Shown: positions 36,578 through 44,786 of the stretch, piece after piece
How positions within the stretch are numbered: position 1 is the stretch's first letter
Layout: each line of letters starts with the position of its first letter
Source: Escherichia phage vB_EcoM_SA35RD
DNA: 64,000 nt
Strand: one strand, 5' to 3'
Sequence record: OL960577.1
Notes under the pieces: model-generated
What the model saw: the letters and a program-made list of their open reading frames with translations, nothing else
Databases searched by the model: none
Told to the model about the DNA's origin: nothing
Made by a program: the position numbers and the translations under genes

Positions 36578-37534
36578 TTATTTGAAAGGTTTTACCATAT
36601 GAAAGTTTTGTTTGAAACGCTTGACGTAATCGTCGTGTCCTAAGCTTTGGTACATACTTACTACTTTGCTATAATTTTCCCAAGCGAACTCACGGAACCA
36701 TCCTGATGTGATTGATGTACAGACCTTTTCAAGGGCCATCATAAAACTATCACGTGGATGGATTTTAAAGTCGTTAGGAATCTGAGAACGTTCTAATGCT
36801 AGTACACATGATTCTTCATATACACCGGCCAATTTGACCATTTCTGGTAATGATTCGAACTTCTCGCGTGAGGTCATGACTTCAGAACCATCTTTCATGT
36901 AAAATGTATAAGCCGGACGGTCTGTTAGTGCAATAGCTTCGTGAATAGTATCATGGTCATATGTATAGATGTCATCTTTAAAGAACGCACTTTTAGAAGT
37001 GTCAAGAACAGGGTGAGCATAGTTCAAGGTTTCTTTCTGGCGTTTCAGCATAATTTCAGTAAGTTCATCGTTCAGTTTAACACCTTTACCACGAAGATAC
37101 TGAATATGGTTCATAGTCTTTAAAAAGAATGGATTATTTTTCTTGAAACGATGAGACATCTTAATTGCAAGACATATCTCAGGAGTTGCCCAGTAAAACC
37201 CGTTCAAACGGTCTTTAGTCAAATTTTTCTTGGCGTATTTTAAAAGGTCATAAGAAGACGTGAAATCTTCAGGAGTGAGTTCACCGACTAATTCACGGAC
37301 ACTAGTGATTGCCGGAACAATATATGCTTCAAAATGAGTTTCGCGTCCATTATGGAAGCATTTGAAAACTTGGACATCAGGGTTATCTTGGTGAACATAT
37401 ACACCCATCATTTGATTTTTGAATGCATTCCAAGAACCTTGGTCCGCAATAAAGTCCCAATCACTATTTTTAATAGCGCTAGAATCAATAAGACCGTGAT
37501 AGTGAAGTGCACGAGAACCAATAACTAACATCAT
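36578..37534 (-). CDS. hypothetical protein (318 aa), possible nucleotidyltransferase-like N-terminus
   Basis: VIGSRALHYHGLIDSSAIKNSDWDF loosely fits GS...D-x-D; weak. Confidence 0.45.
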   Translation of the reverse strand: MMLVIGSRALHYHGLIDSSAIKNSDWDFIADQGSWNAFKNQMMGVYVHQDNPDVQVFKCFHNGRETHFEAYIVPAITSVRELVGELTPEDFTSSYDLLKYAKKNLTKDRLNGFYWATPEICLAIKMSHRFKKNNPFFLKTMNHIQYLRGKGVKLNDELTEIMLKRQKETLNYAHPVLDTSKSAFFKDDIYTYDHDTIHEAIALTDRPAYTFYMKDGSEVMTSREKFESLPEMVKLAGVYEESCVLALERSQIPNDFKIHPRDSFMMALEKVCTSITSGWFREFAWENYSKVVSMYQSLGHDDYVKRFKQNFHMVKPFK

Positions 37535-37562
37535 AATATTTTCCTCGGATTAATTCATTAAC

Positions 37563-37814
37563 TTAAATTTCACGACATGCGATATTATATTCATCCCAGA
37601 GGTCATCATGTGAAGCCTCTACCAATGGAACGATTGTACCGTTTATGTCTTCATTATAAGGGCAAATTGTACAGTGCGCATCTTCGAATCGGATGCCTTT
37701 GTGTTCAGATTTTTTATAACGCATATCGAATATCTTTGCAAACTTTTCACGAGTAATGGTTTTACCAACCACTTTGGTTCCGATACTTTCGTAATAAATC
37801 ATTGTGGACTCCAT
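37563..37814 (-). CDS. hypothetical Cys/His-containing protein (about 80 aa)
   Basis: HCTICPYNED motif; start 37814 or 37802. Confidence 0.45.
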   Translation of the reverse strand: MESTMIYYESIGTKVVGKTITREKFAKIFDMRYKKSEHKGIRFEDAHCTICPYNEDINGTIVPLVEASHDDLWDEYNIACREI

Positions 37815-37830
37815 TTGTTTTGATAGGACT

Positions 37831-37860
37831 ACTATAACATAGCCCTATCTTGTTGTAAAC
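37831..37860 (-). promoter_or_regulatory. early promoter cassette (-35 GTTTAC, -10 TATAGT)
   Basis: Read directly. Confidence 0.5.
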
Positions 37861-37864
37861 TGTT

Positions 37865-38062
37865 TTAGCAAGAATAACTAGATGATACCCAGCCTTGAAC
37901 AGTGATACTATTGTGGGATAATGAGATCGCGTCCTGGAGATTCAGACCTGCGTTATCTTCAATCCATAATGTAACTTCTTCGCGTTCTTCTGTTGCAATT
38001 TGGAACAGGTTTTCCAGAGCAGCTACTGCCGTACGTACAGCACAATCTAATTCACGAGACAT
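37865..38062 (-). CDS. hypothetical protein (65 aa), GWVSSSxxC-tail family
   Basis: Ends QGWVSSSYSC. Confidence 0.45.
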   Translation of the reverse strand: MSRELDCAVRTAVAALENLFQIATEEREEVTLWIEDNAGLNLQDAISLSHNSITVQGWVSSSYSC

Positions 38063-38071
38063 ATTGTTTCC

Positions 38072-38344
38072 TTAGCAAGTGTGAGAAGATGCGACCCAAC
38101 CACCAGTTTCGAGGCTCAGGTTGTAGTCGTATTGGTAAACGTCAGCCCATTCAGCATAGCCATTTTTTGTACAACGTTCAAGATCGGCTTTAAGATGTCC
38201 GGGTGAATGATAGGTTCCACCCATACCGTAAGCTGGATACAAGTCGAATGTTGTGTTTTGTTTATCAGCAATTTCTTTGGCAGCCTCAATAGCTGCATAG
38301 ATTTTTGCTACAGCTTCAGCCAGTTCGGTTTGTTCTTTAGACAT
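38072..38344 (-). CDS. hypothetical protein (90 aa), GWVSSSxxC-tail family
   Basis: Ends GGWVASSHTC. Confidence 0.45.
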   Translation of the reverse strand: MSKEQTELAEAVAKIYAAIEAAKEIADKQNTTFDLYPAYGMGGTYHSPGHLKADLERCTKNGYAEWADVYQYDYNLSLETGGWVASSHTC

Positions 38345-38353
38345 AATGATTCC

Positions 38354-38659
38354 TTAGCACAACGCAGAAGACGAAACCCAAGCACCTTCAGTAATAACGT
38401 AACCATTACCTTCACGCTTAACATCGCCACCATTATTTTCAATTTCATCTTTCATCCACTGGGATACGATTTCACCCTTAGGATAATAAGTACGACCGCT
38501 ACCATAATCACCTACAGAAAATGATACGGCATATTGGTCTGCGATCTTTGTTGCTTCTTCTTCGATACGTTCAGCTTGATTCAGAAGTTTATAAATTGCA
38601 TCTGAAGCGGATTTGGCATTATTAAACTCTGGTACTTTAATTTCAATAATCTTACTCAT
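38354..38659 (-). CDS. hypothetical protein (101 aa), GWVSSSxxC-tail family
   Basis: Ends EGAWVSSSALC. Confidence 0.45.
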   Translation of the reverse strand: MSKIIEIKVPEFNNAKSASDAIYKLLNQAERIEEEATKIADQYAVSFSVGDYGSGRTYYPKGEIVSQWMKDEIENNGGDVKREGNGYVITEGAWVSSSALC

Positions 38660-39015
38660 TTTCTACATTCCTTAATAAAGTTTTCGATTGTTTCATTTTC
38701 ACGTCTAGCTAGGAGTTCATTATAACTAATCATTTGAGAAGCGTAAACCTTTTTATTTTTCTTGTTATGGTTTATAAAATCGTAGTAAAAATAGACTACA
38801 GTACAAAATGATGCGATGGATGCAAAGGCTTGGGTATACCGTAAGTCCTGCCATTGGTCTGTGAATCCACCAGTGTTCCCTATAAATCCTAACACAACGC
38901 CGTCAATAAGAAATCCAACTAATCCAAAGGCAAATCCCATGCCAATACTCATAATAAAAATTAGAATGTTCTCACCAAGAGAAGGCCATACGGTTAAGAG
39001 TTGAGGCTTTTGCAT
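38656..39015 (-). CDS. hypothetical membrane protein (119 aa), C-terminal ENFIKECRK tail
   Basis: Two or three hydrophobic spans. Confidence 0.5.
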   Translation of the reverse strand: MQKPQLLTVWPSLGENILIFIMSIGMGFAFGLVGFLIDGVVLGFIGNTGGFTDQWQDLRYTQAFASIASFCTVVYFYYDFINHNKKNKKVYASQMISYNELLARRENETIENFIKECRK

Positions 39016-39419
39016 CTTATTTCCTTAACGAATTCCATAGCTTCTTCATATTCATACTTTTTAATAGCTTCATCATACTGAGCTTGGGCTTTTGCGCACT
39101 GAACTTTCCATTCTCTTAATCGGGCTCTGTGATGACGGCCTTGGTGCCAATATCCCACCCAATTAATAGGCATTAATAAAAACGGTACAATAAGTGGTGC
39201 GACGAACATTAATGAAAATGCTGCATCAGACGATATAACTTCACTAGAATCTAAAACAGCTCCTATAATCATAAAGATTAAAAATGCTAAAGCTAAAATA
39301 GGGCCAAATAGTACTTCATTTGGGATTAATTTACGCTTGTATTCATACGCCCAGGGCTTACTTGGCATGTATAGGGTTGGCTTTGACATATTCTCTACAT
39401 TCCATAATAAATTGCTCAA
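38994..39419 (-). CDS. hypothetical membrane protein (about 131-141 aa), C-terminal EFVKEIRCK tail
   Basis: Hydrophobic spans; start ambiguous (39419 or 39389). Confidence 0.45.
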   Translation of the reverse strand: MSNLLWNVENMSKPTLYMPSKPWAYEYKRKLIPNEVLFGPILALAFLIFMIIGAVLDSSEVISSDAAFSLMFVAPLIVPFLLMPINWVGYWHQGRHHRARLREWKVQCAKAQAQYDEAIKKYEYEEAMEFVKEIRCKSLNS

Positions 39420-39975
39420 GGATTAAATTGTTAGTGAAATTAGGACTAACAACCATAGTTTCATAAAGCGCATCAATAGCACTTAAAGCATCAACTCTTT
39501 TAAGCAAAGGCTTGCCTTCATACATAGTTTCAGAATCGACGATTAAAGTGAAGTAGTATTTTTTATTATTGGCCAGAACTTCTGTATCAATATAAAACAT
39601 GTTAGACCTTAAAAGCTTGTCTCTAAAGCCTACGTAATCATCTGAACGTTCACTGATATATTCCCATTCGGTGTTTAAACAACAAACAGACCACGTAGGA
39701 GCAACGAAATCAGTGAATCTAATATCATGGTCTGCAACTAGTTTAGCAATAGCTCCGATATCATGAATCATAATACCTGGGGCTAATAAAGATTTTCGGT
39801 TATTTGCATATTCAGTTGTCTCATAAGAAGACGACCAGTACCATTTACGTCCAGTTGCAACATATCGTAATGAATCAACTAAAGACGTAGGTGGATTTAC
39901 CTTATCTCGGAACTCTTCGAACATTGAGTCAATATCATTATTTTGGTTTCGCATGTTAACTCCTTTATTATCCAA
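39358..39975 (-). CDS. hypothetical protein (205 aa), C-terminal EQFIMECR motif
   Basis: Track ORF. Confidence 0.5.
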   Translation of the reverse strand: MDNKGVNMRNQNNDIDSMFEEFRDKVNPPTSLVDSLRYVATGRKWYWSSSYETTEYANNRKSLLAPGIMIHDIGAIAKLVADHDIRFTDFVAPTWSVCCLNTEWEYISERSDDYVGFRDKLLRSNMFYIDTEVLANNKKYYFTLIVDSETMYEGKPLLKRVDALSAIDALYETMVVSPNFTNNLILEQFIMECREYVKANPIHAK

Positions 39976-39996
39976 AAGGAGGACCGGGGTCCTCCG
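39973..39996 (-). terminator. terminator hairpin GGAGGACC-gg-GGTCCTCC
   Basis: Perfect 8-bp stem; T-run follows on minus strand. Confidence 0.5.
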
Positions 39997-40003
39997 TATT
40001 ATT

Positions 40004-40597
40004 TTATTTCAAAGAGTTAATATATTCTTGTACATCAGCAGAAGTGGTTTCGACACCTGCTGGAGTGCCATTGAACGTTTCAACCCGAGTCAGAGTGTCT
40101 TCGATATCAACCTTAGTCAGTGCAGCGATTTCAATTACATCATCGGCCGTAGAGATACCAAGGGCATTAGCTGCTCGAGTTTCACGAATGTATTCGAGTT
40201 TGATTGCCAGATTCTGACGAGCATCATCAAGTTCAACCACCTTACGAGCAATTTCAATTCGCATAGCGGCATACCCGTCAGCTTTTGTATTAAGTTGTTC
40301 GGCAGTTCGACGATACAGAAGACCAAGCTTAGCATGCATGGTAACATCTTGTCCTTCAGCCAGGAGCTTACGAATTTCACGTTCCTTAGAAGCGGCTTGC
40401 TTGTTCTTTTCAATAACAAGTTCGCGAATACGTTTTTCTTCATTAATAGATTTAACAGAAGCCGTTTTTAGTTCTTTGATTTGGGTAATCAACTTATCTG
40501 CAGCTGCGTTATACTGTTCTTCGACAGTCAGATTTTTAGCCATAGCAGTACCCAGTTTAGTGCGAATGAATTCAACAAGTTTCTTCAGTGTGTTCAT
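40004..40597 (-). CDS. hypothetical coiled-coil protein (about 197 aa)
   Basis: Track ORF 40004..40612 uses TTG; ATG at 40597 follows AGGT RBS; architecture vaguely PspA-like. Confidence 0.5.
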   Translation of the reverse strand: MNTLKKLVEFIRTKLGTAMAKNLTVEEQYNAAADKLITQIKELKTASVKSINEEKRIRELVIEKNKQAASKEREIRKLLAEGQDVTMHAKLGLLYRRTAEQLNTKADGYAAMRIEIARKVVELDDARQNLAIKLEYIRETRAANALGISTADDVIEIAALTKVDIEDTLTRVETFNGTPAGVETTSADVQEYINSLK

Positions 40598-40639
40598 ATT
40601 ATTACCTTTCAATTGGTGGTTTATTATCCAACGAGAGCA

Positions 40640-40668
40640 TTATACTCTGCTCTCAAGAGTTTGTACAC
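40640..40668 (-). promoter_or_regulatory. early promoter cassette (-35 TGTACA, 17 nt, -10 TATAAT) with GAGAGC/GCTCTC inverted repeat
   Basis: Near-duplicate of 10055..10083 with compensatory A:T to C:G change. Confidence 0.5.
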
Positions 40669-40919
40669 TTATTTGTACGAATTAATAATCTCTTCCATTT
40701 TATCCAGAACATGGATATCGATTATACGAGGAAGTGCCGAAAGATTAGAACCGTCGAAAGATTTAAGGTCTTCCAAAATAATATTTTCAATGGCCTTTAA
40801 AGCTTCCGCAGATTCTGATGCAGAATTAAATTCAGGAATTTCTCCAAAAAGACGTAAGAATGAACCAAAGTATTCTGCGGCGATTTCTTTAGCTTGTTCG
40901 ATATCAGACTTAAACATTT
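40669..40919 (-). CDS. hypothetical acidic protein (about 83 aa)
   Basis: Track ORF 40669..40950; start set to MFKSD after GAGGAAA RBS. Confidence 0.45.
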
Positions 40920-40945
40920 TGTTTTCCTCATTTGTTGGTGGAGTA

Positions 40946-40974
40946 ATCATATCACCATCCTTGGCGTTTGTACA
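40946..40974 (-). promoter_or_regulatory. early promoter cassette (-35 TGTACA, 17 nt, -10 TATGAT) with CACCA-agga-TGG hairpin
   Basis: Read directly. Confidence 0.45.
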
Positions 40975-41202
40975 TTATTTTTTAATCAAGTTGACATAAA
41001 ATTCTGCATCTTCAGGGTGCATGCCTTCGCAGTATTCTTCAACCATGAACTTCTTAACAGCTTCATAAGGACCACTCAGATTAAGCTCAGTTGTCCAGAA
41101 CTTGGAATCTTGGACTGAATCGATATGAACTTCAGGGTGTCGGTTGCGAATAACTTCTTCGGTGTATTCATAATCAACGACATCAATACTAACTTTAGCC
41201 AT
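40975..41202 (-). CDS. hypothetical protein (75 aa)
   Basis: Track ORF. Confidence 0.45.
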   Translation of the reverse strand: MAKVSIDVVDYEYTEEVIRNRHPEVHIDSVQDSKFWTTELNLSGPYEAVKKFMVEEYCEGMHPEDAEFYVNLIKK

Positions 41203-41443
41203 TTTATTTTCCTCTTGATTTGATGTGATTACTATAACATAAACTTACTTAGATGTAAATTATTTCAACGTCACCTTTAGCTGCTTTATAACCTTCAGCC
41301 CAAGATACAACAGAGTTTTTATCCGAGGATTCAAATTCAGGCATTGGACTTTCACCAATATTCACACAGTATGTTTCTTCATTTTCATCGAACCAAATAA
41401 TTAAAGTAGTCATTTTGTTTACTCCTCTGTAGTTGATAAGTCT

Positions 41444-41472
41444 ATAGTATCACCATCCTTGGTGCTTGTACA
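41444..41472 (-). promoter_or_regulatory. early promoter cassette (-35 TGTACA, 17 nt, -10 TACTAT) with CACCA-agga-TGGTG hairpin
   Basis: Read directly; a short ORF (about 40-50 codons, roughly 41290..41413) follows. Confidence 0.45.
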
Positions 41473-41480
41473 TCATTATT

Positions 41481-41786
41481 TTATTTTTTCCAACTCAACA
41501 ACTTGTAATGTCCTTCATTCGTACGTGGTTTATCCCAAGAAATACTAATATATGATTCGCTGTCAATAGAAGTCGCCGGGTTTTTCTCTACCGTAAGACC
41601 TTCACTTTCCAGCCATTCAATAGTATTTGCGCATAAATCGGAAGAACACCTCATCGGGAACCGGCAAGATTTTTCACCTTTAGATGCTGCATCGTACATC
41701 TTTTCCAAAATACGCTTTTGCACGTTTTTAAAAATAGTTTCAGCAGATTCTTCAGATTTTTTATTCAGTTCAGTGTAAAGACTCAT
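41481..41786 (-). CDS. hypothetical protein (101 aa)
   Basis: Track ORF. Confidence 0.45.
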   Translation of the reverse strand: MSLYTELNKKSEESAETIFKNVQKRILEKMYDAASKGEKSCRFPMRCSSDLCANTIEWLESEGLTVEKNPATSIDSESYISISWDKPRTNEGHYKLLSWKK

Positions 41787-41814
41787 AACATTTTCCTCTA
41801 TGGTTGATAAGTCT

Positions 41815-41843
41815 ATAGTATCATGTCCTTAGAAGAAGTAAAC
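41815..41843 (-). promoter_or_regulatory. early promoter cassette (-35 GTTTAC, 17 nt, -10 TACTAT)
   Basis: Read directly. Confidence 0.5.
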
Positions 41844-41875
41844 ATCTTTATGAAATATTTTTATGCCCTAGATAC

Positions 41876-41905
41876 CAAAAGGCCCCAACCATAAGGAAGG
41901 GGCAT
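41876..41905 (-). terminator. rho-independent terminator, copy 2 of repeated hairpin element
   Basis: Same GCCCC...GGGGC hairpin plus T-run as 26156..26185. Confidence 0.55.
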
Positions 41906-41909
41906 TCTA

Positions 41910-42374
41910 TTATTTAATTTGTTTAGCAGACCAGATACGGTCTTTAATAAGTTTTTGGATATCTTCAACATACTCAAGGCTATGAGCGTGAGGATTATCT
42001 TTGAAGCTATGTGCTCGTGCCAGTTTCTGGCCTTCTGTTTTGATTACTAAAAGCTCTTTAAGAATTGCTTCATACTTAGAAATAATTCCTTTGGCGATAT
42101 TTTTTTCTTGAGCTGCTTTAGGGTCTGTTTTTGGCGCAGGTGCTTTACCTGTAGCTTTCTGGAACAATTCACCTGATGCAGCTAGGCTTTTAAAAACTCG
42201 GCTAACAGTATTAGCATTAGTAAAACCTTCGGCTTTAAAATCTCTAATAAAACGGAAACGTTCTTCATCAGAGGCGTCTTTGTAAGAATATTTACCTGCT
42301 TGAATTGCTGCAATCGCAGCGGCTTTTACATCTGAACTAGATTGTTCAGTCAAAAATTCAGCGTATGATTTCAT
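41910..42374 (-). CDS. internal (capsid-targeted) protein (154 aa)
   Basis: N-terminal MKSYAEFLTE capsid-targeting-like leader. Confidence 0.55.
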   Translation of the reverse strand: MKSYAEFLTEQSSSDVKAAAIAAIQAGKYSYKDASDEERFRFIRDFKAEGFTNANTVSRVFKSLAASGELFQKATGKAPAPKTDPKAAQEKNIAKGIISKYEAILKELLVIKTEGQKLARAHSFKDNPHAHSLEYVEDIQKLIKDRIWSAKQIK

Positions 42375-42420
42375 GTTGCTTTTCCTAAGTTAATTAACTT
42401 ATCTATTTATTATTATGCCA

Positions 42421-42450
42421 AAAAGCCCCGACCTTTCGGAAGGGGCTAAG
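42421..42450 (-). terminator. rho-independent terminator, copy 3 (variant loop)
   Basis: Minus strand AGCCCC-TTCCGAAAGGTC-GGGGCT then TTTT. Confidence 0.55.
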
Positions 42451-42454
42451 CCTT

Positions 42455-42745
42455 GCGGCAACCTTGTCGGGGTTTCCACCTACTAAGGCAAGTGTTTGTA
42501 CGAAACGCCGGGATTCGAACCCGGTTATCAAGTAGTTGACGCTACTCAATATTTTTAAAAGGCCATATCTCGACCATATCCGAACGTTCCGTCAAAAACG
42601 CTACTCGGCTTACGGCAAAGATATTTCCTCGAATCGATAATTCGGTGCGCCGTTTCTGCTGTGATGTAAGGGGATATTAACAAATCGTAAAGATTTATTA
42701 AGACCAGTCCTTACTCAGGGAACATCAGTCCGACGACTTACCGGT
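42455..42745 (-). ncRNA. non-coding region with tRNA-like 3' end (stable RNA or degenerate tRNA)
   Basis: About 300 nt with no ORF; minus strand carries CCGGG-TTCGAAT-CCCGG T-arm plus 7-bp acceptor pairing at 42497..42523, but I could not fold a full cloverleaf. Confidence 0.3.
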
Positions 42746-42759
42746 AGCGACCCGGCTTC

Positions 42760-43104
42760 TTATTTTGGCATATCATCAATTTGCTCTCGACGCCGACGCC
42801 ATAGATTAATCGCTTCATTAACACATTCGGCGTTTGGTATATGACGGCAATAATATAATGATTCGCGTTTCTGGAACCGATGTTGCAATGGAATTTCGTT
42901 TAAAAGGTCTTTACGGTCAAAGTATTCAAAACTAGTTAACCCAGAACGATTTTTAATGAACTTCCAATGTCCAAATTCATTTTGAACATAGATGTAATCG
43001 GCATGCTGATACAGCAAATTAATCAATCGATGAGAAATAACTGTATCATATTCGTTAAAATAAAACGTTAAATCATGAACTACCAGATAAATATTGCCTT
43101 TCAT
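42760..43104 (-). CDS. hypothetical protein (about 114 aa)
   Basis: Track ORF 42760..43152 trimmed to MKGNIYLVVHDL to clear the tRNA. Confidence 0.45.
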   Translation of the reverse strand: MKGNIYLVVHDLTFYFNEYDTVISHRLINLLYQHADYIYVQNEFGHWKFIKNRSGLTSFEYFDRKDLLNEIPLQHRFQKRESLYYCRHIPNAECVNEAINLWRRRREQIDDMPK

Positions 43105-43122
43105 ATTTTCCTCACTTGAAGT

Positions 43123-43199
<77 letters not shown>

Positions 43200-43205
43200 A
43201 ATATA

Positions 43206-43279
43206 TGACCCAGACCAGATTCGAACTGGTAACCTTTCCCTTATGAGGGGACTGCTGCTAACCATTGAGCTACAGGGCC
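43206..43279 (-). tRNA. tRNA with CAU anticodon (Ile2/AUA-decoding or Met)
   Basis: Acceptor GGCCCTG/CTGGGTC (one U-U mismatch), anticodon loop CTCATAA, T-arm ACCAG-TTCGAAT-CTGGT; 3-bp D-stem. Confidence 0.6.
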
Positions 43280-43358
43280 TAAATAACTTTCTATTATGAA
43301 AGGCACTTTAGAGCACCTTTGGTAATAGAGGGTATGAATTAATAATATCACATTATTC

Positions 43359-43874
43359 TTAAAGCAAATCAATCATTTTAACAGTCGGCAAAACGATTTC
43401 TTCTTCAATATAAGCGAATTCAACACGTTCAACTACACGCAAGAAATCATAGTCGTAGTATTCAGAAGCATAGCCAAGAATATCAATAAGGCCTTTGGAT
43501 ACCTCATCACCTTTCACAAAGAACAGGTCGAATACACGGGCTTCGTCTTCTTCAGATTTATCGCCAAGGTCAACTTCAATACCAAAGACCTTTTTAATGA
43601 ATTCCGGCTGGAGCTGGTCAGAGAACAGTCCTTCAACCAGATATTCGTAGATAATAAGCGAGCAACGACCGAATGGCGTATTACCACAGTAACGTTCGGC
43701 TTTAGTGCTGGAATGACGACTCTTAAATTTCTTCAAGAGATATTTAAACTGTTGGAGCTCATGCTCTTCTACACCAAATAATGTTTTGGTTTTATAGTTG
43801 TCACCGTCATTTTCCCAAGTAGTGACATCAATTACGTAACCCTTAGGAATTGTACTGCCTAAACAAATATTCAT
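43359..43874 (-). CDS. hypothetical protein (171 aa)
   Basis: Track ORF. Confidence 0.5.
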   Translation of the reverse strand: MNICLGSTIPKGYVIDVTTWENDGDNYKTKTLFGVEEHELQQFKYLLKKFKSRHSSTKAERYCGNTPFGRCSLIIYEYLVEGLFSDQLQPEFIKKVFGIEVDLGDKSEEDEARVFDLFFVKGDEVSKGLIDILGYASEYYDYDFLRVVERVEFAYIEEEIVLPTVKMIDLL

Positions 43875-43878
43875 TTAC

Positions 43879-44169
43879 TCACCTTACCATATTAATGTAA
43901 TTATATTCAATGCAACGCAATTTCAAAGGATTCTTGAAAATATCATATTCAAGAGGGCCTTTTTCTGTTTCAATAAAGAAATCAAAGTTAACTGTGTTAA
44001 ATTTATCATCTTCACATAGTAATTTAACCTGTGAAGATGAACGGTCGATATAAACCTTTTCAACCTCAAAGTTAGTCAGAATACCGTAGTCATCGACTAG
44101 TGCTTTAGCTGCACGTTGATCGCTTTCATATCCATTCTCAATGGACGATACTTTAGCATAAAGAATCAT
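43879..44169 (-). CDS. hypothetical protein (96 aa)
   Basis: Track ORF. Confidence 0.45.
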   Translation of the reverse strand: MILYAKVSSIENGYESDQRAAKALVDDYGILTNFEVEKVYIDRSSSQVKLLCEDDKFNTVNFDFFIETEKGPLEYDIFKNPLKLRCIEYNYINMVR

Positions 44170-44561
44170 GAATGTTCCACCACTTCAAAAGTATGTGCAC
44201 TGACAATCTGGTACCAGTCAAAATTTTCTTCAGCATTTTTGTAGATTTCACGAAGAGCTTCAACAGTTTTTCCTGTAGCAACAAGGTCGTCAATACCACC
44301 AAGAGGATAACAGTCATAACCAGCAAACAGAAGGAAATTAATAGTTTCTGTAGGTTCTTGATGCAGTGTACCATTGTCATCGACTACTTCAAAGAACATA
44401 TAACCAGGCGATTTAGATTTAATCCAAGCCCATGCTTGAGCTGCTGAATCAAATGGTTTGCGTATCAAACGACAATCAGGATCTTTAGAAGGATTTGCTT
44501 CAAAATCCGCATATACGTGATATTTCATTTTACTCACCTTTTGCAATTTTATCCATAACAA
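44166..44561 (-). CDS. hypothetical protein (131 aa)
   Basis: Track ORF. Confidence 0.5.
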   Translation of the reverse strand: MLWIKLQKVSKMKYHVYADFEANPSKDPDCRLIRKPFDSAAQAWAWIKSKSPGYMFFEVVDDNGTLHQEPTETINFLLFAGYDCYPLGGIDDLVATGKTVEALREIYKNAEENFDWYQIVSAHTFEVVEHS

Positions 44562-44736
44562 TAGCGATTAAACCGATTAGAAATGCTACTACCAATGAGA
44601 TAGAATTTTCGGTTGTTGTCAGTAGTCCGCAAATGAATCCTACAAACATCGAAAAACTAAAAGCCATTGAAGCAATTACTACAGCAACATTACGAATCAG
44701 TTCAGCGCGTTTCATTTTATTTCTCCATTTACTCAT
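44530..44736 (-). CDS. hypothetical small membrane protein (about 61-68 aa)
   Basis: Two hydrophobic spans; start 44736 or 44715. Confidence 0.45.
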   Translation of the reverse strand: MSKWRNKMKRAELIRNVAVVIASMAFSFSMFVGFICGLLTTTENSISLVVAFLIGLIAIVMDKIAKGE

Positions 44737-44753
44737 TTTGTTTTGATAGGACT

Positions 44754-44783
44754 ACTATAACATAGTCCTATCGTGTTGTAAAC
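44754..44783 (-). promoter_or_regulatory. early promoter cassette (-35 GTTTAC, -10 TATAGT) with TAGGACTA inverted repeat
   Basis: Read directly. Confidence 0.5.
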
Positions 44784-44786
44784 TAC

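Noticed and set aside
40880-40925. Conserved in-frame upstream ATG in cassette leaders as an alternative start
   Set aside because: On checking, the leader ATG is in frame with the main ATG in only three of five cassettes examined, which is not distinguishable from chance
42375-42420. Late promoter upstream of the internal-protein gene at 41910-42374 (AATAAATA)
   Set aside because: One mismatch from the TATAAATA consensus at the first position; too weak to call from sequence alone
42497-42590. A third complete tRNA gene ending at the T-arm at 42497-42523
   Set aside because: Acceptor pairing would require about 92 nt and I could not find a 7-nt anticodon loop or a proper D-arm; kept only as a tRNA-like or stable-RNA candidate
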